Shown: one piece after another, positions 23,909 to 33,073 of the stretch
Position numbering within the stretch: the stretch's first letter is position 1
Layout of the letters: each line of letters begins with the position of its first letter
NCBI GenBank assembly: GCA_003568415.1
Contig: PWXV01000058.1
Coordinates: 1,952-65,951 of the forward strand
Direction of reading: 5' to 3'
DNA length: 64,000 nt
From: Ignavibacteriales bacterium
GTDB taxonomy: Bacteria; Bacteroidota; Ignavibacteria; T3Sed10-11
The notes under the pieces: generated by a model
Database searches by the model: none
What the model saw: only the letters and a program-made list of their open reading frames with translations
What the model was told of the DNA's origin: nothing
Translations under genes and position numbers: made by a program

Positions 23909-24697
23909 ATGCCTTCAAAAATTCATGCAACCGCGATTGTAGACCCCGATACAAAACTCGGAAATAACGTAGAAATAGGGGCTTATTCAGTAATAGAAAA
24001 CGATGTGATCATCGGTGATGATTGCGTTATCGGTCATCAGGTGGTGATCGCATCGGGCACACGGCTCGGGAACGGTGTTCGTGTTTTTTCGGGAGCTGTT
24101 ATCGGTAATCCTCCCCAGGATTTGAAGTATAAAGGTGAACCCACTATTGTTGAGATTGGGGATATGACGGTAATTCGTGAGTGTGCGACCGTTAACCGCG
24201 GAACCAAAGAAACCCAGAAAACGAAGGTGGGAAAGAATTGTTTGCTTATGGCGTATTCACACGTTGCACATGATTGCGTACTCGGTGATGGTGTAATACT
24301 CGCTAACTCGGTAAATCTTGCAGGGCATGTAACAATTCACGACCACGTTATCATTGGTGGGTTAACCGGTGTTCATCAGTTTGTAACTATCGGTACCGGC
24401 GCGATGATAGGAGCATTATTCAGGGTTAGTAAAGATGTGCCGCCGTTTATATTGGCAGGTGGTCAACCGTTGTCATATGAAGGATTAAATCTTATCGGTT
24501 TGCGGAGAAGAGGATTCAGCCCCAATACGATTCAGACCATTGCCGACACCTATCATGTACTATATCGATCGAAGATGAATGTTTCACAAGCACTTCAGAA
24601 ACTGTCTTCAATGGATGGGAAGATACCCGAGGTAGATACTATCATCGACTTTATACAGAAGAGTAAACGCGGAATCGTTCCTGCAAAAGTCCGTTGA
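23909..24697 (+). CDS. lpxA: acyl-ACP--UDP-N-acetylglucosamine O-acyltransferase
   Basis: IHATAIVDP...hexapeptide repeats, plus the LpxA C-terminal helical domain. Confidence 0.9.
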   Translation: MPSKIHATAIVDPDTKLGNNVEIGAYSVIENDVIIGDDCVIGHQVVIASGTRLGNGVRVFSGAVIGNPPQDLKYKGEPTIVEIGDMTVIRECATVNRGTKETQKTKVGKNCLLMAYSHVAHDCVLGDGVILANSVNLAGHVTIHDHVIIGGLTGVHQFVTIGTGAMIGALFRVSKDVPPFILAGGQPLSYEGLNLIGLRRRGFSPNTIQTIADTYHVLYRSKMNVSQALQKLSSMDGKIPEVDTIIDFIQKSKRGIVPAKVR

Positions 24698-25497
24698 TCA
24701 TGACTCCGTGGATTTTTGTTGACTCAGGATTTCGAAGCGGTACAGAAAATATGCAGCTCGATGATTGGCTTGCACGTTATTGGTTTTCCGAAACCCGCCA
24801 GCCTGTGTTTCGATTGTACCGATGGTCGCCATATACGCTCTCACTCGGCTATCATCAACATTACGGGGATGTCGATATAGGAAAGTTAAACGATGCCGGT
24901 TTTGATCTTGTCCGGAGACCCACCGGAGGACGTGCTGTGTTTCACGCAGAGGAGATTACCTATAGTATCGTTATGGATGCTACGGGAAAAAGGGTTGATG
25001 AGGTGTATGAAATTATAAGCAGAGTGCTTGCCTCGGCGTTACAGGCAGCAGGATATGAAGTTGAATTTGCTGCCGGTAATCAAAATTTCTCAGATTTTTA
25101 CCGGAAGAAACATTCGGTTTCCTGTTTTACAGCAAGCAGTGATTATGAAATACAGATTGCAGGAAGAAAACTGGTCGGCAGTGCACAGCGCCGGTACGCC
25201 CGCCCTGACGGAGGAGTTACTGCTCTCCAACATGGCTCGATTTTAACCGGTCCGTCGCATCAGCAACTTGTAGATTTCCTGACAATCGATGATTCCCATA
25301 GACAAAAATTAAAGAAAATAATCCGGCAATCCAGTATTGATCTATCTGAATTGAGTACTAAGCCGGTTGAATATGATCTGCTAAAAAAACATCTAAAAGA
25401 TTCAGCTATGAAACATCTTGCCGGCGGTTATTTCGATGACTTCGATCATGAATCTTTTACTGCAAAGATGAATGAAAATGTATATAATCCGGAGTAA
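24694..25497 (+). CDS. lipoate-protein ligase / octanoyltransferase family protein (BPL_LplA_LipB domain)
   Basis: [11 protein letters not shown] and [10 protein letters not shown] (the catalytic lysine region), which align with E. coli LplA RRSSGGGAVFHD and RKVSGSAYR. Overlaps lpxA by 4 nt. Confidence 0.65.
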   Translation: MIMTPWIFVDSGFRSGTENMQLDDWLARYWFSETRQPVFRLYRWSPYTLSLGYHQHYGDVDIGKLNDAGFDLVRRPTGGRAVFHAEEITYSIVMDATGKRVDEVYEIISRVLASALQAAGYEVEFAAGNQNFSDFYRKKHSVSCFTASSDYEIQIAGRKLVGSAQRRYARPDGGVTALQHGSILTGPSHQQLVDFLTIDDSHRQKLKKIIRQSSIDLSELSTKPVEYDLLKKHLKDSAMKHLAGGYFDDFDHESFTAKMNENVYNPE

Positions 25498-26318
25498 TGA
25501 CAATGGCCAAAGGTAGTGAACTCCGCAAGCTAACGACACGCTCTATTCGTGAACGCAAACAAACACATGAAAAGATTGCAGCATTGACTGCGTATGATTA
25601 TGTGTCTGCAAAACTTCTCGATGCTTCGGGGATCGATATTATTCTTGTCGGTGATTCATTAAGCAATGTATTTCAGGGCAATACGACAACACTGCCGGTG
25701 ACTATCGATGAAATGATATACCACACAAAAGCGGTTCAGAAAGGTGTTCAACGTGCTTTGCTGGTCACCGACATGCCGTTTCTTTCCTATCAGATAACCG
25801 TTGAAGACGCCGTGCGAAATTGCGGCCGTGTTATGAAAGAAACAGGTGCCGATGCCGTCAAGCTCGAAGGAGGATCTGCGATTATCGATGTTGTTAGGCG
25901 CGTAACCGAGATCGGTATTCCCGTGATGGGACATCTGGGCTTGACACCACAATCAATAAACGTTTTCGGAACGTATAAAGTACGCGGGACGCAGGCTGAT
26001 GAACAAAAGCAAATAATTGATGATGCGCAACGGCTTGAGGAAGCAGGGGTATTTTCCATAGTGTTGGAAAAAATTCCTGCTGCACTTGCGAAGCAAGTAA
26101 CCGAACACGTTTCGGTTCCCACAATAGGAATCGGAGCCGGTCCGGATTGTGACGGCCAGATCCTGGTCATCAACGATATGCTCGGTCTGACTGAAGAATT
26201 TCACCCCCGTTTTATACGACGCTATGCCGATCTGGGCAAGCTTATTCGTGAGCGTGTCAAGCAATATGTAGACGATGTGCGTTCTGCAAAGTTTCCTGAT
26301 AAAAATGAATCATATTAA
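25497..26318 (+). CDS. panB: 3-methyl-2-oxobutanoate hydroxymethyltransferase
   Basis: TAYDY..A, ILVGDSL, and the rest of the PanB TIM-barrel signature. Confidence 0.9.
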   Translation: MTMAKGSELRKLTTRSIRERKQTHEKIAALTAYDYVSAKLLDASGIDIILVGDSLSNVFQGNTTTLPVTIDEMIYHTKAVQKGVQRALLVTDMPFLSYQITVEDAVRNCGRVMKETGADAVKLEGGSAIIDVVRRVTEIGIPVMGHLGLTPQSINVFGTYKVRGTQADEQKQIIDDAQRLEEAGVFSIVLEKIPAALAKQVTEHVSVPTIGIGAGPDCDGQILVINDMLGLTEEFHPRFIRRYADLGKLIRERVKQYVDDVRSAKFPDKNESY

Positions 26319-26363
26319 AATTGTAACTGTAATTATCTTCTTCCGATTGTGATACCGTAACGT

Positions 26364-28427
26364 ATGGAACAGTTGTCAGTGTATATTTTAGCTGTAGCAT
26401 TTATTGGACTCGCTGCAGCAATCGCAGTGTTATACTACGCTATAAAACAGCGTGATGATAATAACCGTGCGATACAGCTCTATGCTCATCATACTGATCA
26501 ATCCAGCGATCCGACCTTTATTATTAATCCGGGTGGAAAGATAGTATATGTCAACGATGCATTTGCAAAGTGGTTAGGTGTGCAATCCCGTGATCTGTAC
26601 GGGCGGAGTATATTTTTATATACTACCTATATGCAGGAAAATTCTATCGAACAAGCTATGAAGAAAGGAAAATCCTGGGCCGGTGCAATACTACAGAAGC
26701 AAAAGGATGGAACTTCGTTACCTGCTTATTTGCAATTATATCCAATCTTCGGAAAAGCTGATACAGTTAAAGAATATGTCGGTATTCAGCTCGATATGCG
26801 AAATCACACAATGACATCAGGCGATGTCCGTTTTGAAACGGCAGTCAATAACTTTCCGGATGGAATTTTAATTTTACAGGCAGACAGAATTGTATATGCG
26901 AATACAACGGCTGTTTCGATGCTCGGCTATGCTTCTTATGACGATCTCACACGGGTACACTTTGCCTCCTTCGTTGCACCGCAGAGCCGTACATTTGCAG
27001 AAGAGCTCTATACAAAAAGACTCAAGGGTGAAGAAACTCTTTCCAATTATGACATGAAATTTCTTACAAAAGAAAATGAACCAATAGATCTTGAGGTTAA
27101 CTCTTCACGTTTGATCTGGAACCGTGAACCTGCTGTGCTGCTTGCTATTCGTGATGTTGCCGAACGAAAAGCAACCGAACGCGAACAGGCACAATGGTTG
27201 TGGCAACAGGAAATGCTCAACAAAGTTGAACGCCAGCTTGTTTCAACCGTCGACCTATCCGAAGTTCTTAATATGATCGTGTATCACGCACGGTTATTGA
27301 TGCGCGCGGATATTGCTGCAGTCCTGACGATCGATCCGGAAAAAGCAACGTACCGCTGGCTTGCGATGAGAGGTAATGAAAAGGAATTTGCTACAACCTT
27401 TATGCACTTGAGTCCGAAGGCGAAAGAATTTTATCACGAAAGCGAACCCAGGATTATCCATGATCTCAATGATGAATCGGTATACACCGCAGATGACTTT
27501 CCTTTTTTCTCAGATGAGAATATCGTAACTATTATACAATATCCCTTGATGCGTGGCAGCATCGTGTTCGGGCATCTCACCATCGGGTATAAGGAACAAT
27601 ATGAATTTTCGGATCGATTACTGAAGCTGCTTCAATCTTTTACCGAACGGGCAACGGTCGCGATAATGAATGCTGAATTATATGATCAGCTTCGTCAACA
27701 AACAAAGAATTTACAGCAGTTATTCGAAACCAGAATGCAGGCCCAGGAGGAAGAGCGGCGCCGGATTGCTGCCGAACTTCACGATAGTCTCGGTCAGTTA
27801 TTAACATCCGTTAAGCTTCATATTGAAGTCTTACAGGATTCCGATATATTTGAAAGGTCTGCAGAGAAAGAACAGATGGCGGAAATCCGTGCATTGCTCG
27901 ATAATGCAATTACCGAAGCCCGAAATATTTCGTATGATCTTCGTCCGAGTATACTTGATGATTTTGGATTGATCCCTGCACTCGAAGTATTATGTGATAA
28001 ATTCTCAATGCGATCAGGTATAAAAGTCTCCTTCCAATCCCACAATCTTGAAGCCCGATTAAAAGGACAGCTCGAAACCGCTCTGTATCGTATTACGCAG
28101 GAAGCGCTTACGAATGTTCAAAAACATGCCGGCGCGACTGAAGTAAATGTACAGGTTATACGTACACCGAAAACAATCAATCTGGTGATCGAGGACAACG
28201 GGAAAGGATTCGATCCGGAAAAGGTCGGGCACGAACGATCCGGCGATGATAACGGAAACGTTGTACCTGGCATGGGATTGGTCAGTATGCGTGAGCGAAC
28301 CGCGCATTTTAACGGAACATTTACCGTCGATTCAACATCCGGTAAAGGCACGGATATAGTTGTTGAAATACCACTGAGCGGAGTAATCGAATATGCAAAA
28401 GAAAATACGGATAGTATTAGCGGATGA
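26364..28427 (+). CDS. sensor histidine kinase with N-terminal TM, PAS/GAF-like sensor domains and HisKA_3/HATPase_c
   Basis: ERRRIAAELHDSLGQ (H-box of NarX/DegS-type kinases) and a C-terminal ATPase with G-boxes. Confidence 0.85.
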   Translation: MEQLSVYILAVAFIGLAAAIAVLYYAIKQRDDNNRAIQLYAHHTDQSSDPTFIINPGGKIVYVNDAFAKWLGVQSRDLYGRSIFLYTTYMQENSIEQAMKKGKSWAGAILQKQKDGTSLPAYLQLYPIFGKADTVKEYVGIQLDMRNHTMTSGDVRFETAVNNFPDGILILQADRIVYANTTAVSMLGYASYDDLTRVHFASFVAPQSRTFAEELYTKRLKGEETLSNYDMKFLTKENEPIDLEVNSSRLIWNREPAVLLAIRDVAERKATEREQAQWLWQQEMLNKVERQLVSTVDLSEVLNMIVYHARLLMRADIAAVLTIDPEKATYRWLAMRGNEKEFATTFMHLSPKAKEFYHESEPRIIHDLNDESVYTADDFPFFSDENIVTIIQYPLMRGSIVFGHLTIGYKEQYEFSDRLLKLLQSFTERATVAIMNAELYDQLRQQTKNLQQLFETRMQAQEEERRRIAAELHDSLGQLLTSVKLHIEVLQDSDIFERSAEKEQMAEIRALLDNAITEARNISYDLRPSILDDFGLIPALEVLCDKFSMRSGIKVSFQSHNLEARLKGQLETALYRITQEALTNVQKHAGATEVNVQVIRTPKTINLVIEDNGKGFDPEKVGHERSGDDNGNVVPGMGLVSMRERTAHFNGTFTVDSTSGKGTDIVVEIPLSGVIEYAKENTDSISG

Positions 28428-29073
28428 CCATACGATGATTCGCAGCGGAATTAAAATGTTGCTGCGGGATGCATCGGATATTACCGTGGTCGGTGAAGCG
28501 GAAAACGGAGAAGAAGCAATACGTGCCGTTCAGGAACATACCCCGGATGTTCTTGTGATTGACCTGGCAATGCCGAAGATGTCGGGCATAGATGCAATCA
28601 GAATCATCCGGAAAAAATACCCCGCAATTAAAATTCTTGTCCTGACAATGCACGAGAATGAGGAGTATGTATTGCAGATCTTTAAAGCCGGGGCATCGGG
28701 GTATGTGGTAAAGACCGCCGGGAGAGACGAACTAACCGCTGCAATTCGTGCTGTTGCAAAAGGTGATCGCTATTTCAGCTCCCGTGTATCGGAGGTTCTT
28801 GTCGAAGGATTTACCCGCCGTGAGGGAGAGAAACAAAAAGACATCACCGGCGTTGATTTACCGTTAACCCGCAGGGAGAAAGAAGTACTTGCTCTTGTTG
28901 CAGACGGCCTTACCAATCAGGAAATCGGCGAAAAATTGTTCATCAGTCACCGCACGGTTGATACTCACCGTACGAACATCATGCAAAAACTCGATATACA
29001 CGATGTTGCCACTCTGGTACGATATGCCATACAACACGGTATCGTTTCAGGTGAAAGCAAATCTGATTCTTAG
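28393..29073 (+). CDS. response regulator, NarL/FixJ family (REC + LuxR-type HTH)
   Basis: IVLADDH...D..MP receiver domain, then LTRREKEVL...GLTNQEIGEKLFISHRTVDTHRTNIMQKL. Overlaps the kinase 3' end. Confidence 0.9.
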   Translation: MQKKIRIVLADDHTMIRSGIKMLLRDASDITVVGEAENGEEAIRAVQEHTPDVLVIDLAMPKMSGIDAIRIIRKKYPAIKILVLTMHENEEYVLQIFKAGASGYVVKTAGRDELTAAIRAVAKGDRYFSSRVSEVLVEGFTRREGEKQKDITGVDLPLTRREKEVLALVADGLTNQEIGEKLFISHRTVDTHRTNIMQKLDIHDVATLVRYAIQHGIVSGESKSDS

Positions 29074-29206
29074 TTAAAAATACCCTGCCAAGTACGGTTA
29101 AACCCGGCCCGGCTGTTTGGCGGGGAGAGATGCAATCCCAAATACCCAATACATTAAAACTCACCAAAATCATCTTATTTACATCGTTTTTCTTTTATGT
29201 GGCTTC

Positions 29207-29238
29207 TACGGTGATCACCGTATTTTTAAAAATACGTA
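29207..29238. promoter_or_regulatory. two overlapping perfect palindromes (candidate operator) upstream of orphan REC gene
   Basis: TACGGTGATCACCGTA (16 bp, 29207-29222) and CGTATTTTTAAAAATACG (18 bp, 29219-29236), about 95 nt upstream of the 29330 ATG. Confidence 0.3.
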
Positions 29239-29329
29239 GTGTACCGGATTGTCGGAGGGGCGATTAGTTCGTATTATTTGAGTGCATTAGTTAAATAATT
29301 GATATTTCATTGAAGATCGGGATGTACAT

Positions 29330-29716
29330 ATGAGCACAAAGGTACGAATACTTCTCGCCGATGATCACGCTGAATTTCGTCGTGCAATACGGTTATTTCT
29401 GAAAAAACACAAAAACATTGAAGTTGTCGGAGAAGCCAGTGACGGGGATGAAACCATCAAGCAGGCGCATAGTTTACATCCGGATGTTATTTTGATGGAT
29501 ATCAATATGCCCCGGTGTAATGGTTTTGATGCCGCAAAGAACATAAAACGTTCACTGCCCGGCACGCAGGTAATATTTTTAACAATGTACGCAGATGACC
29601 GGTATCGAAAGCTTGCAAATGAAGTATATGCCGATGGTTTTATAAATAAAGCCGACCTGAATATGAATATTTTTCAAAGTTTAAGTAACAAAATGACTTC
29701 CCGGTACATTATGTGA
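29330..29716 (+). CDS. stand-alone response-regulator receiver (REC) domain protein
   Basis: LLADDH...ILMDINMP...K motif set with no output domain. Confidence 0.8.
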   Translation: MSTKVRILLADDHAEFRRAIRLFLKKHKNIEVVGEASDGDETIKQAHSLHPDVILMDINMPRCNGFDAAKNIKRSLPGTQVIFLTMYADDRYRKLANEVYADGFINKADLNMNIFQSLSNKMTSRYIM

Positions 29717-29761
29717 AGGTAAGTGGTTTTTGGGATTTACAGAGCGCCGCTATTTTATTTA

Positions 29762-29826
29762 AAACAGGATTAACAGAATATACTTAATTAACCCACAATC
29801 ACGTTAACCCATTCTGTTAATCCTGT
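29762..29826. repeat. 17-bp perfect inverted repeat with 31-nt loop in gene-free AT-rich region
   Basis: AACAGGATTAACAGAAT ... ATTCTGTTAATCCTGTT. The loop carries a direct TTAACCCA duplication. Confidence 0.35.
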
Positions 29827-30199
29827 TACCATATTATAATCTTCTCTTTAAACCCTTCATTATATAGTATTTTATATCATAACCGACATCCCACCAGAAA
29901 CTGGGTATTGCAAATTTAGTGATATATTCATTTGGCTTGGTGATTACTATTAGCCACAGGGTTGAATTTAGCCAATTGTAATGTAAATTAATCATCCATA
30001 TTTGTTTATAATGTCTCTTTACTATGATTCATTTATTGGCATTGAATTTGTTGTTTTATGTAGACAGATCTAGTTAACATTGGTAAGGGTACTGTAGAAA
30101 ATTATACATTGTACTTTGTGAAGTGATATAGATTAAGTTTTTTTATAGTAATTATTCCCCAAGGAAATTCATAAGTTGCTGTAGCCCTGATCCTCCCCG

Positions 30200-30240
30200 A
30201 AAACCGCAAGTATTTGGTCCGCTTGCGGTTTTCTATTTCT
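30200..30240 (+). terminator. terminator-like hairpin 70 nt upstream of surE
   Basis: AAAACCGCAAG / CTTGCGGTTTT, an 11-bp perfect stem with an 11-nt loop, followed by TCTATTTCTT. Confidence 0.35.
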
Positions 30241-30311
30241 TGAACACCTCCGAAAATATCCGTATATTATATATTCTCTTTTTAGCGATTGTTTCACCCT
30301 ATACTTAAAAT

Positions 30312-31091
30312 ATGATGAAACCTTTACGAATACTCATATCGAATGACGACGGAATTTTCGCACCGGGTATTTTTTCATTAGCTCAATCGCTGCGTGAGAT
30401 CGGTGATGTTACGGTGGTAGCACCTGACCGGCAGCAAAGTGCAGTCGGGCATGCCATCACAATGCATTCACCCGTACGCGTCCATCCGTTCCATGTCAAC
30501 GGTACTATGTTCGGGTATGCAATAGACGGCACACCTGCTGATGCCGTGAAATTTGCCGTCAGGAATTTAATGAAAGATAACCCGCCCGATGTATTGGTGT
30601 CGGGCATTAATCACGGTTCGAATACGGCTGTTAATGTAATCTATTCCGGTACCGTTTCGGCAGCCACGGAGGGTGCGATTCTGGGTATACCGTCCATTGC
30701 AATTTCGCTTACAACCTATGATAGACCCGATTTTAGATATTCAGCAAAATTTGCACAGAAGCTTACGAAAATTGTCGCTGAAAAAGGTTTACCTCCGGGC
30801 ACCTTACTTAACGTAAATGTACCGAATGTTCCGGAAGAAGAAATTCAAGGTGTTGTTGTAACGCGGCAAGGTCGTTCTAATTGGAACGATTATTATGAGA
30901 AACGACTCGATCCGGGAAAACAGGAATACTACTGGTTAACCGGATCACTGCAAGTCCTCGATAACGATGAGGACATCGATCAGATTGCAATCAATAACAA
31001 AAAAGTATCGATCACACCGATACATTACGATCTGACGAATTATAGTGTTCTGGATACACTAAAGACATGGAACCTGGAAACATTAAAGTAG
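30312..31091 (+). CDS. surE: 5'/3'-nucleotidase SurE
   Basis: Reads ILISNDDGIFAPGI...VVAPDRQQSAVGHAIT. Confidence 0.9.
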   Translation: MMKPLRILISNDDGIFAPGIFSLAQSLREIGDVTVVAPDRQQSAVGHAITMHSPVRVHPFHVNGTMFGYAIDGTPADAVKFAVRNLMKDNPPDVLVSGINHGSNTAVNVIYSGTVSAATEGAILGIPSIAISLTTYDRPDFRYSAKFAQKLTKIVAEKGLPPGTLLNVNVPNVPEEEIQGVVVTRQGRSNWNDYYEKRLDPGKQEYYWLTGSLQVLDNDEDIDQIAINNKKVSITPIHYDLTNYSVLDTLKTWNLETLK

Positions 31092-31108
31092 AAAAGGAGT
31101 AACAGTAG

Positions 31109-32143
31109 ATGAAATTTGGAATTCTCACAGGCGGCGGCGACTGCCCGGGTTTGAACGCGGTGATACGAGCCGTTGCACGGAAAGCTTTTATGAATAATGA
31201 TGTGATTTACGGATTTAATTACGGATGGAAAGGAGTTATGGAAGGCGATGGAAATTGGCTCACGCATTATCATGTGTCGGGAATTTTACATCGCGGCGGT
31301 ACCATCCTTGGAACATCACGAACAAATCCATATAAAACTGAAGATGGTGAAAAGCAAATAAGAAAAACACTTGATAATCTTGGTATTGATGCGCTTATTG
31401 CCGTCGGTGGTGAGGATACACTCGGCGTAGCCGCAAAACTTGCAGCGGCAGGACTGCCGGTTGTCGGTGTACCGAAAACAATTGATAACGATCTGAGCGG
31501 AACCGATGTAACATTCGGATTTGATACTGCTATCAATATCGCAATGGAAGCAATTGATAGAATTCATACCACGGCAGAATCACATAACAGGGTCATGGTT
31601 GTTGAAGTCATGGGACGACATGCGGGCTGGATAGCATTATATTCAGGACTTGCCGGGGGTGCAGATGTAATCCTCATACCGGAAAAGCCGTTTGATCTCG
31701 ATGAGGTTTGTGATATTATAAAGAAACGGCACGAACGTGGAAAAACATTTAGCATCGTGGTTGCTTCGGAAGGAGCAAAAATTGATTCAACTAAAGATGA
31801 TAGCTTTGTTGTCCAGGCGAAAGAAGTTGACGAGTTCGGTCACGTTCGTCTTGGCGGGGTCGGAAACCTGCTTGCCGGAGAGATTGAAAACCGAACCGGA
31901 TTTGAAACGAGAGCAACAATTCTCGGACACATCCAGCGTGGTGGAACTCCCACGGCTGCTGATCGCGTACTCGGATCCCGTTATGGTGTGTTTGCCTATG
32001 ATCTTGCCAAAAAAGGAGAATATGGCAAGATGGCGGCATTGCGGGGACAGGAAATTGTGGCTGTCGATATTCAGGACGCAACAAAAGAACTGAAAACAGT
32101 TGACCTCGGTTTGTATAAAGTTGCCGAAGTATTTTTCGGTTAA
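31109..32143 (+). CDS. pfkA: 6-phosphofructokinase
   Basis: GILTGGGDCPGLNAVIRAV, GGEDTL, PKTIDNDL and MGRHAGW motifs. Confidence 0.9.
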   Translation: MKFGILTGGGDCPGLNAVIRAVARKAFMNNDVIYGFNYGWKGVMEGDGNWLTHYHVSGILHRGGTILGTSRTNPYKTEDGEKQIRKTLDNLGIDALIAVGGEDTLGVAAKLAAAGLPVVGVPKTIDNDLSGTDVTFGFDTAINIAMEAIDRIHTTAESHNRVMVVEVMGRHAGWIALYSGLAGGADVILIPEKPFDLDEVCDIIKKRHERGKTFSIVVASEGAKIDSTKDDSFVVQAKEVDEFGHVRLGGVGNLLAGEIENRTGFETRATILGHIQRGGTPTAADRVLGSRYGVFAYDLAKKGEYGKMAALRGQEIVAVDIQDATKELKTVDLGLYKVAEVFFG

Positions 32144-32158
32144 AAGACCTCATATAGA

Positions 32159-32204
32159 GTCCCCCCTCGCCAAGGGGGGACACCGTATTGTAATTGTATT
32201 TTTT
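32159..32204 (+). terminator. intrinsic terminator after pfkA
   Basis: GTCCCCCC-TCGCCAA-GGGGGGAC, an 8-bp GC stem, followed downstream by a T-rich run (TATTTTTTGGG). Confidence 0.6.
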
Positions 32205-32346
32205 GGGCAGCCCCATTTCAATTTTATCACACCTATTTATGTAGTATAGACTCTTAGACCAGACTTGCTTCTCCCCTCCACCTTTTCTATATTATATGTG
32301 ATGTGAAAAACCGTGCTTTGTTAACTATTTTGAATAAAATGTGGGG

Positions 32347-33057
32347 ATGTTGATCTACATGCAGAGATTGTTTGGAGGGAAGACTTTCCGGCCTTTACTA
32401 ATCATATTGATTTTCATGTTTGCTGGAATACCGGATCTGTTTGCCGGTGAAGCGGAGGAATCCGCATTTCGCATCGGCAGGTTGGAATACCGGGGGGGCG
32501 GTGATTGGTATGTCGGACCGAGTGCCGAACCCAATTTACTTGAGTATATCCGTGAACATACCAATGTACCGGTAAAACCGGCTTATGAGCCTGTGGATAT
32601 AATGAGTGATAAGCTCTTTAGCTACTCGATGATATTTTTAACCGGTCACGGCAATATTTCTTTCAATGAGCAGGAACGGCAGCGCCTGCGTGAATATTTC
32701 CGGCGTGGTGGCTTTCTTTATGCAGACGATTGTTATGGTATGGATGCTGCCTTCCGCCGCGAGATGGGAAAGCTGTTTCCCGATCAGGAATTGGTTGAAC
32801 TACCGTTCTCGCACCCGATCTATACTATAAAATACGATTTTTCAAACGGACCGCCAAAGATTCATGAGCATGACGGAAAACCTCCACAGGGATTCGGACT
32901 TTTTAAAGACGGACGACTTGTTGTATATTATACGTACGAAGCCGATCCGCATGACGGATGGGTTGATGAGCGAGTTCACGGGAATCCATGGGATGTTCGG
33001 GAAATGGCATTGCAATTCGGAACGAACATTGTCCTCTGGCTGTTGACAAAATCATAA
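32347..33057 (+). CDS. DUF4159-like protein (predicted class-I glutamine amidotransferase-like fold) with N-terminal signal/TM
   Basis: About 235 aa, starting with a hydrophobic segment and containing IFLTGHGNISFNEQERQRLREYFRRGGFLYADDC. I assign it to DUF4159 from memory of that family and its genomic partners; I did not search. The start could be 32341, 32347 or 32359. Confidence 0.55.
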   Translation: MLIYMQRLFGGKTFRPLLIILIFMFAGIPDLFAGEAEESAFRIGRLEYRGGGDWYVGPSAEPNLLEYIREHTNVPVKPAYEPVDIMSDKLFSYSMIFLTGHGNISFNEQERQRLREYFRRGGFLYADDCYGMDAAFRREMGKLFPDQELVELPFSHPIYTIKYDFSNGPPKIHEHDGKPPQGFGLFKDGRLVVYYTYEADPHDGWVDERVHGNPWDVREMALQFGTNIVLWLLTKS

Positions 33058-33073
33058 GAGGAATAAGGATAGT

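Noticed and set aside
29100-29135. GC-rich segment AAACCCGGCCCGGCTGTTTGGCGGGG after the LuxR-type regulator, examined as a possible terminator
   Set aside because: It has no convincing stem complementarity and no U-tail.
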